Below the pieces are notes generated by a model. It did not search any database and was not told the DNA's origin. It worked only from the letters and a program-made list of their open reading frames with translations. A stretch of 64,000 nucleotides of DNA from Podarcis tiliguerta (lineage: Eukaryota), in the NCBI GenBank assembly GCA_965153285.1, contig OZ229116.1. The stretch is one strand, 5' to 3'. Position numbers and translations under genes: made by a program. This document shows positions 37,919 to 50,621 of the stretch, in pieces; the stretch's first letter is position 1, and each line of letters opens with the position of its first letter.

Positions 37919-40900
37919 GATAGATAGAGGCAGTTTAAAAGTATTGGGTCTAAACTAAAGCAAATGTGCAGCTGCATGCATGTTTCCTTTAAATTGTTTT
38001 TAAGACCAGCAGTGGTCATAGGGAGCTGCAAATTTGAGTGGGTAAACAATGAAATGGGAAGGGTATTTTTATCTTCCTTCCAACAGAGAGAAAAGCAATC
38101 GTGACAGATTTGTGTGTAGGGAAAGCCAGATGGGAAAAGTCAAGCAACCCTCACTCCATCAATTCTTCTACTCCAACTCTCTGAAAAGGAAGGGGAACCT
38201 TCATGTGACTGCATGTTATGTCTAATTTGGCCCCTTTTAAGCAGTTCAGTAATTTCATCTTTTCAAATTGCCTCAATTTCTTTAATTAATGCTGAAAACA
38301 AATTTATGTGTTAGAATCATACAGCCAGCAAAAAGGTCAATACCAACAGACTGAAGAGTTGAATTAGACAGACCCCCAAAACTCCTACATGAATTTGTAG
38401 CACTTGTCCAAGGGTGTGGTGAAAAATGCTGTCTGTTAAAGCTGGGGGTCCCAACAGGTGCTGGCCCTTGAAGATAAACCCGTGCTCCTTGAATGTTTGC
38501 TGAAAAACCAGCCATAGGCGCTGAAGAGGAGTTTGAGGAGCTGCTGGATGGATCTAGAGAAGGTAAGTCTACAATTAATATGATTATGTCTGAGAAAATA
38601 ACTCCAAAGACCCTACTTGTTACCCAGTTATACTACGAATTACAGAAACCCTCCCATCATAATCTGATGAGGTCTGTAGGATAAACAGATTCTCATTTAT
38701 CTTGATTTCTATCATTAAATAGGGCTGGGTTACATTTGGGATTTTTCTAGCCTGCCCATATAATAATTAATTACATCCTGTGTTTTAAATATTACCTGCT
38801 TCTAGCATGAACTGCTTTTCACAATCCTACCTAAAATTAAGGAGAATATTTATAGATGTTCTGTGCATAGTTGAGTTGGCATAAATAGTTAAGCCAAGAT
38901 AGGGGAAATTATTTGTTATTGCCAAATTGGTCAAATCCCCAGTATATACAGTAATCTCAAAATGGTATAGTTACCTGTATAGTTTTGCAGTGCAAACATT
39001 TTCAGACTAAGTCAAACTAATACCAGCCTGGCTTGATGTGAGCATTTCACAACATTAAACTGTCACTCTTACTGCAGGCATTAAACATTTTTCAAAACAT
39101 CAGGGAAGAAAACACAACCAGCGTAGAATTCAGTTCAAAACCACATTTTTAGATGATGTAGACCAGGAGTGGTTAACTTGATGTTGTTTGGACTACAGTT
39201 CCCACAATCTCTGCCCACTGGCCACATTTGCTGAGATAAATTCAAATACATCTGGAACAGGTTCCCCATCCCTTCTGTAGACTCAATGAAAAGATTTTGC
39301 TCCTCTTTTGCAGCAAAAGCCAATAATGGGATAGTCTGCTGCTCAAGACCATTTTCTCATGGTTGATTAAGCAATTTTGCTTGCATATTTAGGTTCTAAA
39401 CTAGCGAGAACGCCTCCCCAGATGGCTGAATAGAGGTGCTTTTTCACTTTACCTCTCTCTATGTGGTTTGTTGCATCTACTGCGTGGTGTATTTTAAGAG
39501 CTCTTACAGGGTCTCACTTCATCCCCAGAATGACTGTGGGATAACTGAGGGTCACTATTCTGGTTTGCTTGTTCTTTAAATGCCACCACATAGTGGATGG
39601 TTGAAAGGCTTCTAAATTAACATCCCACAAGTCTCCTTTATGTCCATTAGTACACACATAATTTTCTCACAATGGAATTCACATAAACAGGTCACAAGGA
39701 TATAGTGCCCATGCAATGCAGAACTTGTTTTAAACTATGAACAGCAGCAAGTTGAGTAAAATCCTTCTTAATCTTATTTTACCAACTATGGTCTCTGTAA
39801 AGGTTTGTACTATCAGGACTGAGGCTTAGAAATGCTGCCTATGCTCAGCAATTGGTTATTACATCAATGTGTCAAAGATAAATATCTGTAAACTGCATCA
39901 GCAAAGATTCAGAGTGGGGTTGTTGTTTTTTAACTGAACCCTACTGGAATTCAAGTTTGAGAATCTAAGAAATCTCAGAGCTGACTGAAGAGGAATTATC
40001 ATCTGCTAAGTATAAAGCACAATGCAAAACCTTAGTGCAAGCATAACATAATCAAAGAGTGTGGCTTGTATTGATTGCAATTAAAACTGGTCAACACCAC
40101 CAATCAGCAACAGAGGGAATGGCCATCCTTCCATTTCCTATTTAATTATGCAACTTACTTTTATCTCATTATGGTTCTGACAAGAGTTCAAAAAGAAAAA
40201 AGCAGAGCAAAGCTTTAATAGGTGGAATGCTGAGAAACATTTTCCTAAAATGCAACTTTGGGTTCCATTTTGTTATGGAGTAAAGAAAAAGGCTAACTTA
40301 TCAATGAATCACATTATCTTGTCTTAGAGGAAGACAAACACAGGAAAGGGGAGGGACTGGTATGAGGGTATGCGAAGGATTAAACAAAAAGTCCCCATCA
40401 TCTATATGGGCCAGAATTTTTGTTTAGGATGTTCTGTTTCCCCCATCATTTCACAGAAGTTACCTGAACCAATATTGTGTGCCAACGTTCATTCTACAGA
40501 GTCACACCAATTCCCCCATCTTTTGGTTATATTAAGTCACATTATGAAGAAAATATCAACTGAGTAAAAATAATCAAAGACCCAACACAATTCTTGTTTT
40601 CAGTATTCCTCTGGTTCAGGATCACAGAAACAATTTTAAAGTTTGGGGAAGCTTTTCAATTGCTATCAAGAGGCCATGAAGAATTATCTCCCTTTCCATG
40701 CAGAACATAGCAACTCACCTACAGGACTAGTTGAAACTCTCTGGGAAGGAGGCCGGAACCCTGGAGCCTTGGAGTTATCAGGATGCACATTTTCCATGTG
40801 CCCCATCACAGAGTTACCCAAAAACGTAGACTGGACAGTGTAAGGTTGGTCTGCTGCTCCTCGTGTGGACAGTGGGCAGTCTCCCCATCCCTGGTTAGCT

Positions 40901-43900
40901 GGCACCTGGTTGCTATCAAAAAGACTGCTAAAGTGATTGAAGAGTGTTGCTGGGCCAAATGTAGGAGGCAAGGATTTGTTTGCTGGGTTCATATGCATCT
41001 GAGAACCGTTCATAACGTTCATGGGCGATGACAGCTGAACTGTGGGTGGTGGCCCTTGCGAAGGTGTCAAAGGTACTGCATTTGTAACGAAAATGGACTG
41101 AGGTTCCTGATGTATGTTTGCATTTGGTACCATTGAATAAAATGAATTTCTAGGTTGCATTCTGTGAGAGACACGGGGTGCTGGTACAGCTAACTGAGGT
41201 AAGGTACCATTGTCCTGATTATCCGTAGCAACCGATCTAGGTGAAGCTAAGCTTAATGGAGTAGGTTCTGAACTGGAAGAAAAAGGCATAGATATGGGAG
41301 GACTCAAGTCAGACATATTGGTCGGCAGTGTTTCATCTTGCGCGTTGTTTGGAGGTGCAGGACTGCTAGATGTGCAGGTTTCTATGACTCCTGAAGTGCT
41401 GCCAGATGAGATATTGCTGCTAGCAGCAACCGATGATGGCACACATGCGTTTCCAACAGATTGTTCTGGTGTCGATGCCTTTTCTTTGGGTGCTGGGGCA
41501 GAAGAAACAGCATCTGTTTTAAGTGCAGACTGCTGTGCCTGTGGAACACTAGCGGGTAGAAATGTAGTGGGAACATGCCCGGTGTTTTCAGGTGCAGGAG
41601 AAGCTGAAGGCAGTGTGCTACATGTAGTTGTCACAGTTGAGATCGCTGTCGTCATGGTACTTGTCTTAGGAACGCAAGCGAACAACTGTTTCCTGACCGA
41701 TGATGGAGTCCGGTTACTTGTAACACAGAGTGGCTGAGAGGATGCAACTACTGAAGAGACAGTACCAGGACAAGTGGGAGCTAAACCCGTGGATTCAGGC
41801 TGCAAAATGTTGCCATTCTGGTTAACTACGCGACTTGAACTGTTATGCTTTGGAGAGCTATTTGTGCTGCCTGGGTTAACTGGCCTCACTGGGAATGGTC
41901 CCCAGGTGTTTGGAGAGGTTGAAAATGTTCCTCCAAATTGGGCCATCGGTAAGCGAGGGTGACGAATCTGTTGCATAGTTTGGGCAGCCAATATGGCAAA
42001 GTGAGGGTGGGAATAAGCTAAGGGAAGAGAGACCGGAAAAGAAGAGCGCACGTTTGCAGGGACATTCTTGCTTAATTTGTTAGCAGACTGGAAGGTAGAC
42101 AGCGTTGATGACTGAGAGGTGACAAGAGATGGAGCTCCAAGGGGAAATGAGTTTTTGTTTGAAGCTGAAGCAGTACTGACGCCAGATGAAAAATTTGTAT
42201 GGACTGACTTGGTGCTGGAAGCAGGTGTTCTTATATGAGTTTTAGGAATTAAATCTTCCAGTTCCTTGGCAGGATCTTGAATAAGGGCATTAATAAGTTG
42301 TACTGCATATCTTGTTGATTCTGTTCCACCCCTGAAATAGAGAAGGCAGGATCATCTTTAGAACACAAGGCTCAGTTCAGTACAACTTAAATCCATTTGA
42401 AAAACATGAGCTTTAAACATTAGATTTTAGGCACTCTACCTTATTGTGATCATTCTTTCTCCATTTTTATCTTTTTGTTTGTCCACATCAATATGAGCAC
42501 CAGTGACATCCTGGATTGCTGTGATGTTGCACCCACCTCTTCCCATTATTCGAGAAACAACAGATGCTGGGACAGAGAGCTTTTTTGACCTAAATGACAA
42601 AAATTATAAATGTTTTGAGGGCTTCCTGCTTTTAAGTTTAAGAGATTTAGGTAGTATTATAATATACTCGGCCTGAAAAGCGAGATGAGCACTGCACCCC
42701 ATAGTCGCCTCTGACTGGACTTAACTGTCCAGGAGTCCTTTACCTTTAACCAAATATTATAGTATGTCATTTTGATAACTAGCCAAGCATCTCAGGATAG
42801 TTAAAGTGATATTCTTGTTAGATGTGTGTTCTGGGCATGTGAATTTTTGTTTAACTTAGGCTAATAGCTCTTCAGATAATGCTACTGTAATTCACACATT
42901 AACTGCCAAACTTTTAAAAAGCCCCCCTTGAGAATATGTGTACTTCTGACAAACTGAATGGTTATGGTTACTATGCCTTTTAACTGCTATGCATGCTTTA
43001 GAACTGGAGATATACCACATATTTTACCCTACAGCTCTGAAAACACTAATGAAGAAGCTCCATGTGTGATGAAAGTCATGAAAAGGTTTTTGTTGGTTTT
43101 TTTTTAAATCCCTGTTATTATATATCTTGTACTTGTTGAGTCACTATCTTTTCCTTTAGTTATTTTAAAAAATGACATTCCCTCCAACAATTCCAGCAGC
43201 CTTGGAAGTTTAAAAGCCCTTTCCCCAACACTTCCTCACATGGATTCTATTTTCTTCCTCTCTTCAGCTCAGTTCCAACAGTGATACATAAACCCCTGTA
43301 ATCCATACTCCCTGAAGTTCTAAACCCTCATTGATTCTACTCACAGCCTCATCTACAGCCTATTCATAAATCCTCTTCAATTCCAATGCAGAATTTTTGA
43401 ATGCCACCAAAGTACCTTTTTGCTCCTGAAAGACAGCGTCCACCTCTCTGCAGCTGAAACTGTTCAATTGGCGTTGACTGCAGAGTGTTGTTAGGGGAAG
43501 GGTCCTTTAAAACTCTGCCCACTTGCCTGTCAAGGATAGAAAATACAATTTTCCTTAGTTTTCTAGGCAAGAGATGAAAAGAGTTTCGAGTCATACATTT
43601 TCAAGCTCAGGTCCAGACAAGAAAACCTTCTCTCATTTCCCCTGTTTTATTTGTTACATATATATTATCGATCTCTGTGGAAACCCAAGGGATCTCCAAG
43701 CCAGATATTAGCAGGTCCCAGATCTACTCAGCTCTACACATATGGAACTATTGTAGGCGCTTCCAAAACATGTTCTAATTATACCCTAGATTAGTCAAGA
43801 CTAAAATATCACAATTATTTAAAACACTAGGAAATCTTAAGAAACTGGTGTGATAGGCATATGGAACCTGATATTGTACATAATTTAGATGGCAGTCCAT

Positions 43901-46900
43901 TTAAGGCCCATTGAAATCAGTTGAGCAGTTAATGGCTTATTGTCCTCCCCATTTCAACAGGATTAAGTACTTCATTAGAATCACTGTGCTCCAGACAGGG
44001 CAGAATCTATAGCTCTGTTAGGATAGCAAAATATCTCTTTTTAAAATAGTTTGACAGAAAGGGAAGGCTTTGGAAGCATACATATTTCTACAAGATTCAC
44101 TATTGTTAATATGTTTACAAATGCATCAGCAGCAAAGAAAAAAGTTACATCAGAACTGTTACATATGGAAAAGTATATGGTTTCATATTAACGGCTCAGA
44201 TTTAAAATGTCAAAGTTGTTTGCATCTATTAAGTGTACTTTTTATAATGTAAATAGGCCTGTGCTCCTCGGTTGAAGGGTAGTACAGAAATTTAATTAAT
44301 AACAATAATTTATTAAATTTATATACTGCCCTTCATCTCAAGGCAGTTCACAAGATAAAAGAACAAAATAAGTAGTTAAAACAAAAACCTCTCCTCTCAC
44401 AAACACATTTAAAAAACTGTAGAATGATAGCTATCAACTTTTTCCTTTTCTTGCGAGGAACCCTATTCGGAATAAGGGAATTTCCCTTTTTGAAAAAAGG
44501 GAAACGTTGACAGCTATGTGTAGAATATCAATGGGGAGCCACTGCGGAAAAGGCCCATTCTTGTGCTGCCACCCTCTAGACTTCTCATGGAGGAGGCACA
44601 CAAAGAAGGGCTCAGATGATGATTGCAGGCAGTTTATATGAGGTGAGTTGGTCCTTGAGGTATTGCAGTCCTGAGCTGTTTAAGGCTTTATAGGTCAAAA
44701 CCAGCACTCTGAATTGGGTCTGGAAGCTAATTGGCAGCCAGTGTAGTCCAGCCAGGATCAGTATATGCTCACACTGTCTTGCACCTGTAATCAACCTGGC
44801 TGCCAAATTCTGCACCAGCTGAAGTTTCTGAACTGTCTTCAGAGGCAGCCCTACGTATGATGCATTTCAGTATTCCAACCTAGAGGTTTCCAGAGCACAG
44901 ACAACAGAAGTTAGGCTATCCCTGTCCAGACAGCTGGGCCACCAGTCAAAGCGGATGGAAGGCAATCAGCACCACTGAGGCCACCTGAGGCTCAAGCGAC
45001 AGCAAAGGATCCAGGAGTACCCCAAGCTGCTTACCTGCTCCGTCAGAGGCAGTATAACCTCATCAAGAGCAGGCAACCTCCCATCCATCCAGACCAGTGC
45101 CTTAGTCTTATCTGGACTGAGCTTCAACTTGTTGGCTCTCATCTGGTCCATTACTGAGGCAAGAAAACGGTCCAGCACACCCACTGCCTCACCTGCAGAT
45201 GTTAAGGTGAAGCAGAGCTGTGTCATCAGCATATTGCTGACAACGTACTCCAAAACTCCAAATGACCCCACTCAGCGGTTTCATGTAAACAGCAGAGGGG
45301 ATAAAATCGAGCCCTGAGGAACTCCACATTGACGGTTCCACGAGGCTGCAGAGCACTCCCCAAGCATCACCCTCTGAGAACCACCATCCAAGTAGGACTA
45401 GAACCACTGCAAAGTGGTGCCATCTACCCTCAATGCAGACAACTGCTCCAGAAGTTGATGGTATTGAAAGTTGCTAAGAGGTTAAGAAGAATAAACAAGG
45501 ACATATTTCTCCTGTCTCTCTCCCAGCAAAGGTCAACATACAGAGTGACCAGAACAGTTTCTGTGCCAAAACCAGGCAACCCCCCCCCCCAAACCCAACT
45601 GAAATGGATCTAGAAATTCAGTTTCCACCAAGAGCGCTTGAATCTGGTGCATGAACATCCACTCTAGAACCTTGCCCAAGAACGGGAGTAGTTTTACCAC
45701 TGTCTCCTTCAAGCAGGCAGGGACCAACCCCTCTCGAAAGAAGGCATGAATCACCTGCCTGGCCCAGCCAGCTGTCTCCTCACTGCTAGTTTTTTATCAG
45801 CCACAAGGGACCAGCCACAAGTGGTCGCCCTGACTAATCCAAGCACCTTGTCTGCCTCCTCCAGCCTTACTAACTTAACAACAACAACAACAACAGGGCT
45901 CTTACAAGAGAATTGACAGTCTGCTTCCCAGACACCCAGCATCTCAGCTTTACATAATGGGGTGCATACACAAACCTCAGGCTCAACTCCCCACCTCCAC
46001 GTGCAGAACCTTCACTGTGAACTAGGATCCATGAGTAGGCGCTGCTTATGTGATGCTACTTAACACTTAAGTTTGTGTGATAGGAGAGAGCACGTGACCC
46101 TAATGTTTGCTCCTCAAGTCCACAGCATTTAAGACTTATAATGTATGTTAAAGTTAGCAAATGCCAAGTGCTTTTTAAAAAAATCTGACATGTGTATCCA
46201 CTACCATTCGTATACTGTCATACCTTCACCCCCAATTCAAGACTGACCAAATTACCAATCATGTTCAACTGGTCAGATGCCATTCATGAAACTGCATGAA
46301 AACAACTTACCTTCTCACTACTTCTTTCCAGCCTTCTTCTCTTTTTTGCCCTCTTTTTGGACTAGTTAGATTCAACTTTATGTTCGGAGACGTCAGAGGC
46401 AAGGACACAGATTTATAACTTGTTGTTAAGGAGTTTGGATTAGCTTCACCTTCAAGTCTAAAAACAAAGATAAGTTTGATTAGAGATTGCCTGCCACCAA
46501 ACGATCAAAATCTCAATTCCAATTACTGAATTCCATGAAAATCAATGATACAAATTGTTATCAACAGGGTTCTCCTAGTGCTCAGGCAGCATTATCCTAT
46601 TTCCAGATGAGTTCAGGTGAGCACAGAATATGGAACATTTGTTCCTAATACAGGAAGCTCTATCAACAGATGAGCGCTAATGATTATGTAGGGGGGCACT
46701 TATTTTGATAAAAGATTAATAACTTTTGATAACACTTAATGGCAGCGTAAATTATTTTGTGGCAACAGTTGCATTAATTATGTGCAAAGGGGATGGGGGA
46801 CTGTTGAACAGCCTGCTTACCTGACTCTAGTGTTCTTATGAGTGGTAATTATGCAAATACGCTTAAAGGTTATGAACCTGTGCACAGCATTGTTCAGAAC

Positions 46901-49900
46901 TTTTTGAAGGTAAAACTAACTTTTGGCACAAGCGATCTGCCCAAGTGTAGTGTAAATGTACCACAACTTCCTGCTTGGCACTTAAGTATCATAGTTATAC
47001 AGCTACCTGCAACAAGGAAGACCAACTGTGTGGATGCACAGATAGCTATGTAGGAAACATCAATTTCAGGCAAGCAACCTCAGCTTTGTGTTTTTTTGTG
47101 GGGGCACAAACATAGGAGATTGGTAAGCTAGTTATTGAGATACTGGATGCAGGTATCTTCATATGAACAAGGATAAGGATAGCTCACATCTGAAGTGTCC
47201 ACTCAGCTTAAGTTGACAACTGGGGCCAGGTAGAACAATACATATTGAGCACCATTCAAAGGTTGTGACTAGAATGTACTCAAAAACCACCTGGTACTTG
47301 GTATTGGGCCAGTTCATGTTACATGGTATGTGAAGAGACCCAATTAGAAAATTCTGAAGATGTCACTTGGATGAAAGACAAAGAAGAAATTCTCCCTAAT
47401 GATAAAATGGTGGCTGAAAAGAGAACTGAACAGAAAAATGTAGAATTCACCCCATAGGCCATAAGCACTATAGTCAAAGAGCAGATCTTTTACACCAGAA
47501 GTATCTAGGTTTAGTTCTAGAAGGTTTGAATGATGCAGAGGAAGAACCTGTGTGTGCCTGGGCAGACCAAAACTGGTATATATTGCAACTATAACTGAAA
47601 TCCATCTGGCTGTGACCATGAAAAGGACCTTCTTCATAGCTGTACCAAGGCCCTGGTGCTCGCCTCTGAGACAAGTTTGTCATGCTCCTGCCATTTGAAA
47701 CTATAGTGAATGCCAAAGATTTTTTTTAAAAAAGAAGACTTCACTTTGGACTATAACATCTGGTTTTAGTAGCTGGCTGATTTTGAGCTACTTAGATATG
47801 TCAGTTGTAATTGTTTCATCTTCTGTTGTTGCTTTTAAAGATTTGTTTTATCTTTTTATGTTATATCACAACAACAACAACAACAACAGCCACTCTGCTT
47901 AGATCTTGTAAAAACTTGATGTTTTGTTATTTTAATAGTGATGTTCTTAGGTACCTTGTGCTATTTATAAGAAATGTAAGGTATGAACCTTTTAAATAAT
48001 ACGGAACTAGCTAATTATGAAGCGTAGGTCTGTAGCCAACATGTATTCACAGGATCTCTCTAAAACAAGCATGGGAACCTTTTAAAGGGTCTTAATTAGG
48101 CCCACAAGGCTGTTTCCCTCTACCCACACCCACTTGCTCACACATGACATCAACTGTGGGGGCAGGCAAACCCACAACTGCAAAGGAATGACCAGGAGCA
48201 CTAAAGGGAGCTTCCCACTGTTCCTTATCAAGCAGTAAATTCCAGTGGGCCTTGCATTCGGTACTAAATTTTAAAAGGTTCCGAATGCAAGCCTTGCTTG
48301 CACAGGGACAATACAGTGGTACCTTGGGGTAAGTACTTAATTCGTTCTGGAGGTCTGTTCTTAACCTGAAACTGTTCTTAACCTGAAGCACCACTTTAGC
48401 TAATGGGGCCTCCTGCTGCTGCCACGCCACCGGAACACAATTTCTGTTCTCATCCTGAAGCAAAGTTCTTAACCTGAAGCACTATTTCTGGATTAACGGA
48501 GTCTGTAACCTGAAGTGTATGTAACCTGAGGTACCACTGTATAAAGTGCACCCTAATATTCCCAAAAGTTCCTTTGCAGTCATGTCAGGTATGGATGGGA
48601 CAGGTGGGTGCAGCGGGGGGGGGGGGGGGATGGCCTGTGCATCATGTTAGCCACCCCTGCTCGAGATTATGGGGAATTGGGAACCATTAGCCTTGGCTAA
48701 GCAACACACTTGCATGCTAATGGTCACTGCTCCCACCAACAGGAAACCTTTGATGCAGGAGGATGACAACTGCTAAGAGGAGCACACAGGTGTTCATGTG
48801 CAGAGCAAGCAGCATCTGTTACACCCACCTTCACCACGAGGTCAGGGAACCTGCTGCCCAACCCTGTCTTCAAAGTTACATTCTGGCAAAACTAGATGAT
48901 ATCATTTGCTGTTACTGCGTCCTGGAGGATTAACGTGCAGCTGTTGTTTTTAATTGCTTTGCTTTGTTTTTGATCAGGAGGGATGAATTAGAAGTTACTA
49001 AGGAGAGCTCATCTCCTTAGAAACATATAATTTGGGGATCTATAAGGTAATTTAAAGCCTCTAATCCCCCAACCTTGAAGCCCAAAGTCCAAAACATGTG
49101 CATTCAGAAACATTTCAGCGTCAAACTAGCATGAAAAAGACTCATTAAAAGCTTCAGTAATGGAGATATAACTTGTGACTCACCTGGTTTGCACTTTGGA
49201 AACTGAGGTGTTAGTCTTGTCTTCCTGAGAAGGGAGCAGTACTGAGGCATATCGTCTCTCGCCTGAAGAGTGTGTGTCCATAGTGAAGTTTAGTTCCTGG
49301 CTTTTACCACCGCTGCTGCTCTCACTATTGCAATCTGTGCTGTCCAAGTTGTCAGAATCACTGTTCCCACCAGCACTACCGCCTCTTGGCTCTCCGTTGA
49401 TTTTATTTTTATCTGCTTTTTGCTGTGCTAGAGTTATATGCTGGTCTGGCAAAATTATCTGCACATTTTGAGGAGTGTCTTTTGTTTTATTCTTCTTATT
49501 CTTTCTATTTGTGCTGGGAGTTGTTACCACATTGGCCCTCTTCTTTCCAAAAGCATTTGTGAAAGTAGCTGATGTTGCAGATATTCCAATAGTAGTTGTA
49601 GTGGTTGCGCTTGGAGGCTCCAAAGGAACTTCTTGATCAACTGAAACAAAACAGATTTTTAAAAAATAAAACTTAATGATGGGAACAGTGCCCCCCCCCA
49701 AAAAAAACACTGTATCAGAATCATAGTGACTTGTACCATGGCATCAAAGGCAGAGTTTTTCTGCAAGTTAGACCAGACTTTTAGCATTCTGGTTTTAAAT
49801 CTATTTTTTAAATGCTTTACTAGCTGTTTAAATCACAACGGATTGCCAGGCATGAGAAACGGGGCCTTTTCTGTGGCAGCTCCCAGCCTGTTACACTCCT

Positions 49901-50567
49901 ACACACAGAAGCACAGAAACTATGCATTTTTAAATGGGTTTTAAAACCCAACTTTTTCAAAATGTATTTTCTGGACTAAGCCTTTTCTTCGCTACAGAGT
50001 CATTCTAAATACAACTCTACTAGTTATATAAATAAGAAACAAAAAGCAATGTGTTTGTGTACGATGTACACTGCTAACAGAGTCCCTCACACATGACTTG
50101 GATTTCCTTACTCAAATGAAGTGACCAATTATTACCAAAACACATGTAAAAATTACTTTCACTCTGTGCTTTAGAAGAGTTTTAAATCCCAAAAATACAA
50201 GTTTAGAAAACTAATTTGAAGGAGTGATGAATTCCTCACCATCATCATCATTCTCATCTTCATCTTCATCTTCTTGCAGCTCTAGTGTTTCTTTAGGTTT
50301 GTGCTCCTCATCTTCTTCCTGTTTTCGTTTTTGCTCTTCTTTCTTCTTCTTTCTCTTCTCCTTCCTCTTCTCTCTTTTTGCTGCAAGAGCCTGCTTTCTA
50401 CTCTCTTCTCTGGACTGTGGAAAATAATTTACAATATACCTGATTACACACCAATATAGAATATAAACATATCTACATTGATAACTACAGCAAATGAATT
50501 CTAAATTCTCCAGTGTCTTATTTTTGGCTCAAGAAACCTCCATAATGAATGATCCCCCCCCCACAAA

Positions 50568-50621
<54 letters not shown>

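Noticed and set aside
40783-41962. Antisense ORFs over the 1613-nt ANKHD1 exon
   Set aside because: Shadow ORFs of a Ser/Thr/Pro-rich coding exon; no independent evidence.
42332-42439. In-frame retention of the 108-nt intron splitting the KH domain
   Set aside because: Length is 3n, but the frame hits TAG immediately (AG|G TAG).
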